Shown one piece after another: positions 31,431 through 32,000 of a stretch of 32,000 nt of DNA. Below the pieces are notes generated by a model. It searched no databases, was not told where the DNA came from, and was given only the letters and a program-made list of their open reading frames with translations. How positions within the stretch are numbered: the first letter of the stretch is position 1; every line of letters starts with the position of its first letter. Position numbers and translations under genes: made by a program. Location: positions 1 to 32,000 of the forward strand of contig NZ_JAQFIQ010000013.1 in the NCBI RefSeq assembly GCF_029504745.1, in the 5' to 3' direction. The stretch is from Breznakia sp. PF5-3 (lineage in GTDB: Bacteria; Bacillota_I; Bacilli_A; Erysipelotrichales; Erysipelotrichaceae).

Positions 31431-32000
31431 GAAACGTCAAGAACGGCTGGATATATTTCATAGTTTAAGAAAAAAAGTTGTTCATGAAAACATAAAAAAA
31501 GAAATACCTGACAATGTTTTTAAGACGTGTGATAAATGTAATGAGAGTTTACCTTATATTGATTTAGTAAATAATTTATATGTTTGTGAACGTTGTGGAC
31601 ATCATATTAAAATTAGTGGTCGTGAAAGAATACGGCAGTTGTTTGATGAAAATACGTTTAAAGAGTTTGATAAACATATAAGTAGTAAAAATGATGATCA
31701 TTTTGCTGGATATGATGAAAAGCTAGATAAGTATAAACGTTCAACTGGATTAGAAGAAGCTGTAATTTGTGGAGTAGCTAAAATTGATAATCATAAAGTT
31801 GCTATCGCTATCATGGATTCTAATTTCATGATGGGAAGTATGGGACAAGTGGTAGGTGAGAAAATCACTAGAGTAATTGAATATGCAATGAAAAAGAAAC
31901 TACCTTTGATTATCAGTTCTACAAGTGGTGGAGCTAGAATGCAAGAAGGAATTATATCATTAATGCAGATGGCAAAAACTAGTAGTGCGTTAAAACGTTA
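31414..32000 (+). CDS. accD: Acetyl-CoA carboxylase carboxyltransferase beta subunit (partial, continues beyond the window)
   Basis: Not in the ORF track because it has no stop in the window. My own translation from ATG 31414 is MENLFKKRQERL...CDKCNESLPYIDLVNNLYVCERCGHH (C4 zinc finger) ...SGGARMQEGIISLMQMAKTS. It overlaps the accC end by 17 nt. Confidence 0.85.
   Translation, partial: MENLFKKRQERLDIFHSLRKKVVHENIKKEIPDNVFKTCDKCNESLPYIDLVNNLYVCERCGHHIKISGRERIRQLFDENTFKEFDKHISSKNDDHFAGYDEKLDKYKRSTGLEEAVICGVAKIDNHKVAIAIMDSNFMMGSMGQVVGEKITRVIEYAMKKKLPLIISSTSGGARMQEGIISLMQMAKTSSALKR

Overview
AT-rich Bacillota (Firmicutes) chromosomal window, almost entirely coding, with four blocks. (1) 680-9856: two tandem genes for very large secreted peptidoglycan hydrolases. 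One is an M23 endopeptidase. The other combines a GH73 glucosaminidase with a GH25 muramidase. Each carries nine ~99-aa GBS Bsp-like repeats, encoded by near-identical 297-bp units arranged in 594/597-bp higher-order DNA repeats. (2) 10161-15599 and 23768-26475: a teichoic-acid or cell-wall-glycopolymer gene set (extended SDR, TarI/IspD-like cytidylyltransferase, pyruvyl transferase, LicD, LtaS-like transferase; then class-V aminotransferase, LicC-like nucleotidyltransferase, secreted GDPD). (3) 15592-23711, splitting that gene set: a compact 8.1-kb phage-like cluster with only a regulatory switch, non-contractile tail genes and a lysis cassette. It holds ImmA/XRE, a sigma-like activator, major tail protein, a G/GT chaperone with a -1 frameshift, a short tape measure, Dit, a tail-tip protein, a putative RBP, holin and lysin. 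It has no capsid, portal, terminase, replication or integrase genes. Host genes bound it on both sides, so I read it as an F-type (monocin/F-pyocin-like) tailocin candidate. This is the most interesting system in the window. (4) 26480-32000: housekeeping genes. These are the infC-rpmI-rplT operon with an L20-leader-type attenuator and a probable AUU infC start; an rplT with an unusual Lys/Ala-rich tail; a FabT-like MarR regulator; bioY behind a BirA-type operator; acpP behind a FabT-type palindrome; and accB, accC and partial accD. No tRNA, rRNA or CRISPR array was seen. All functional calls rest on motif recognition by eye, with no database search.
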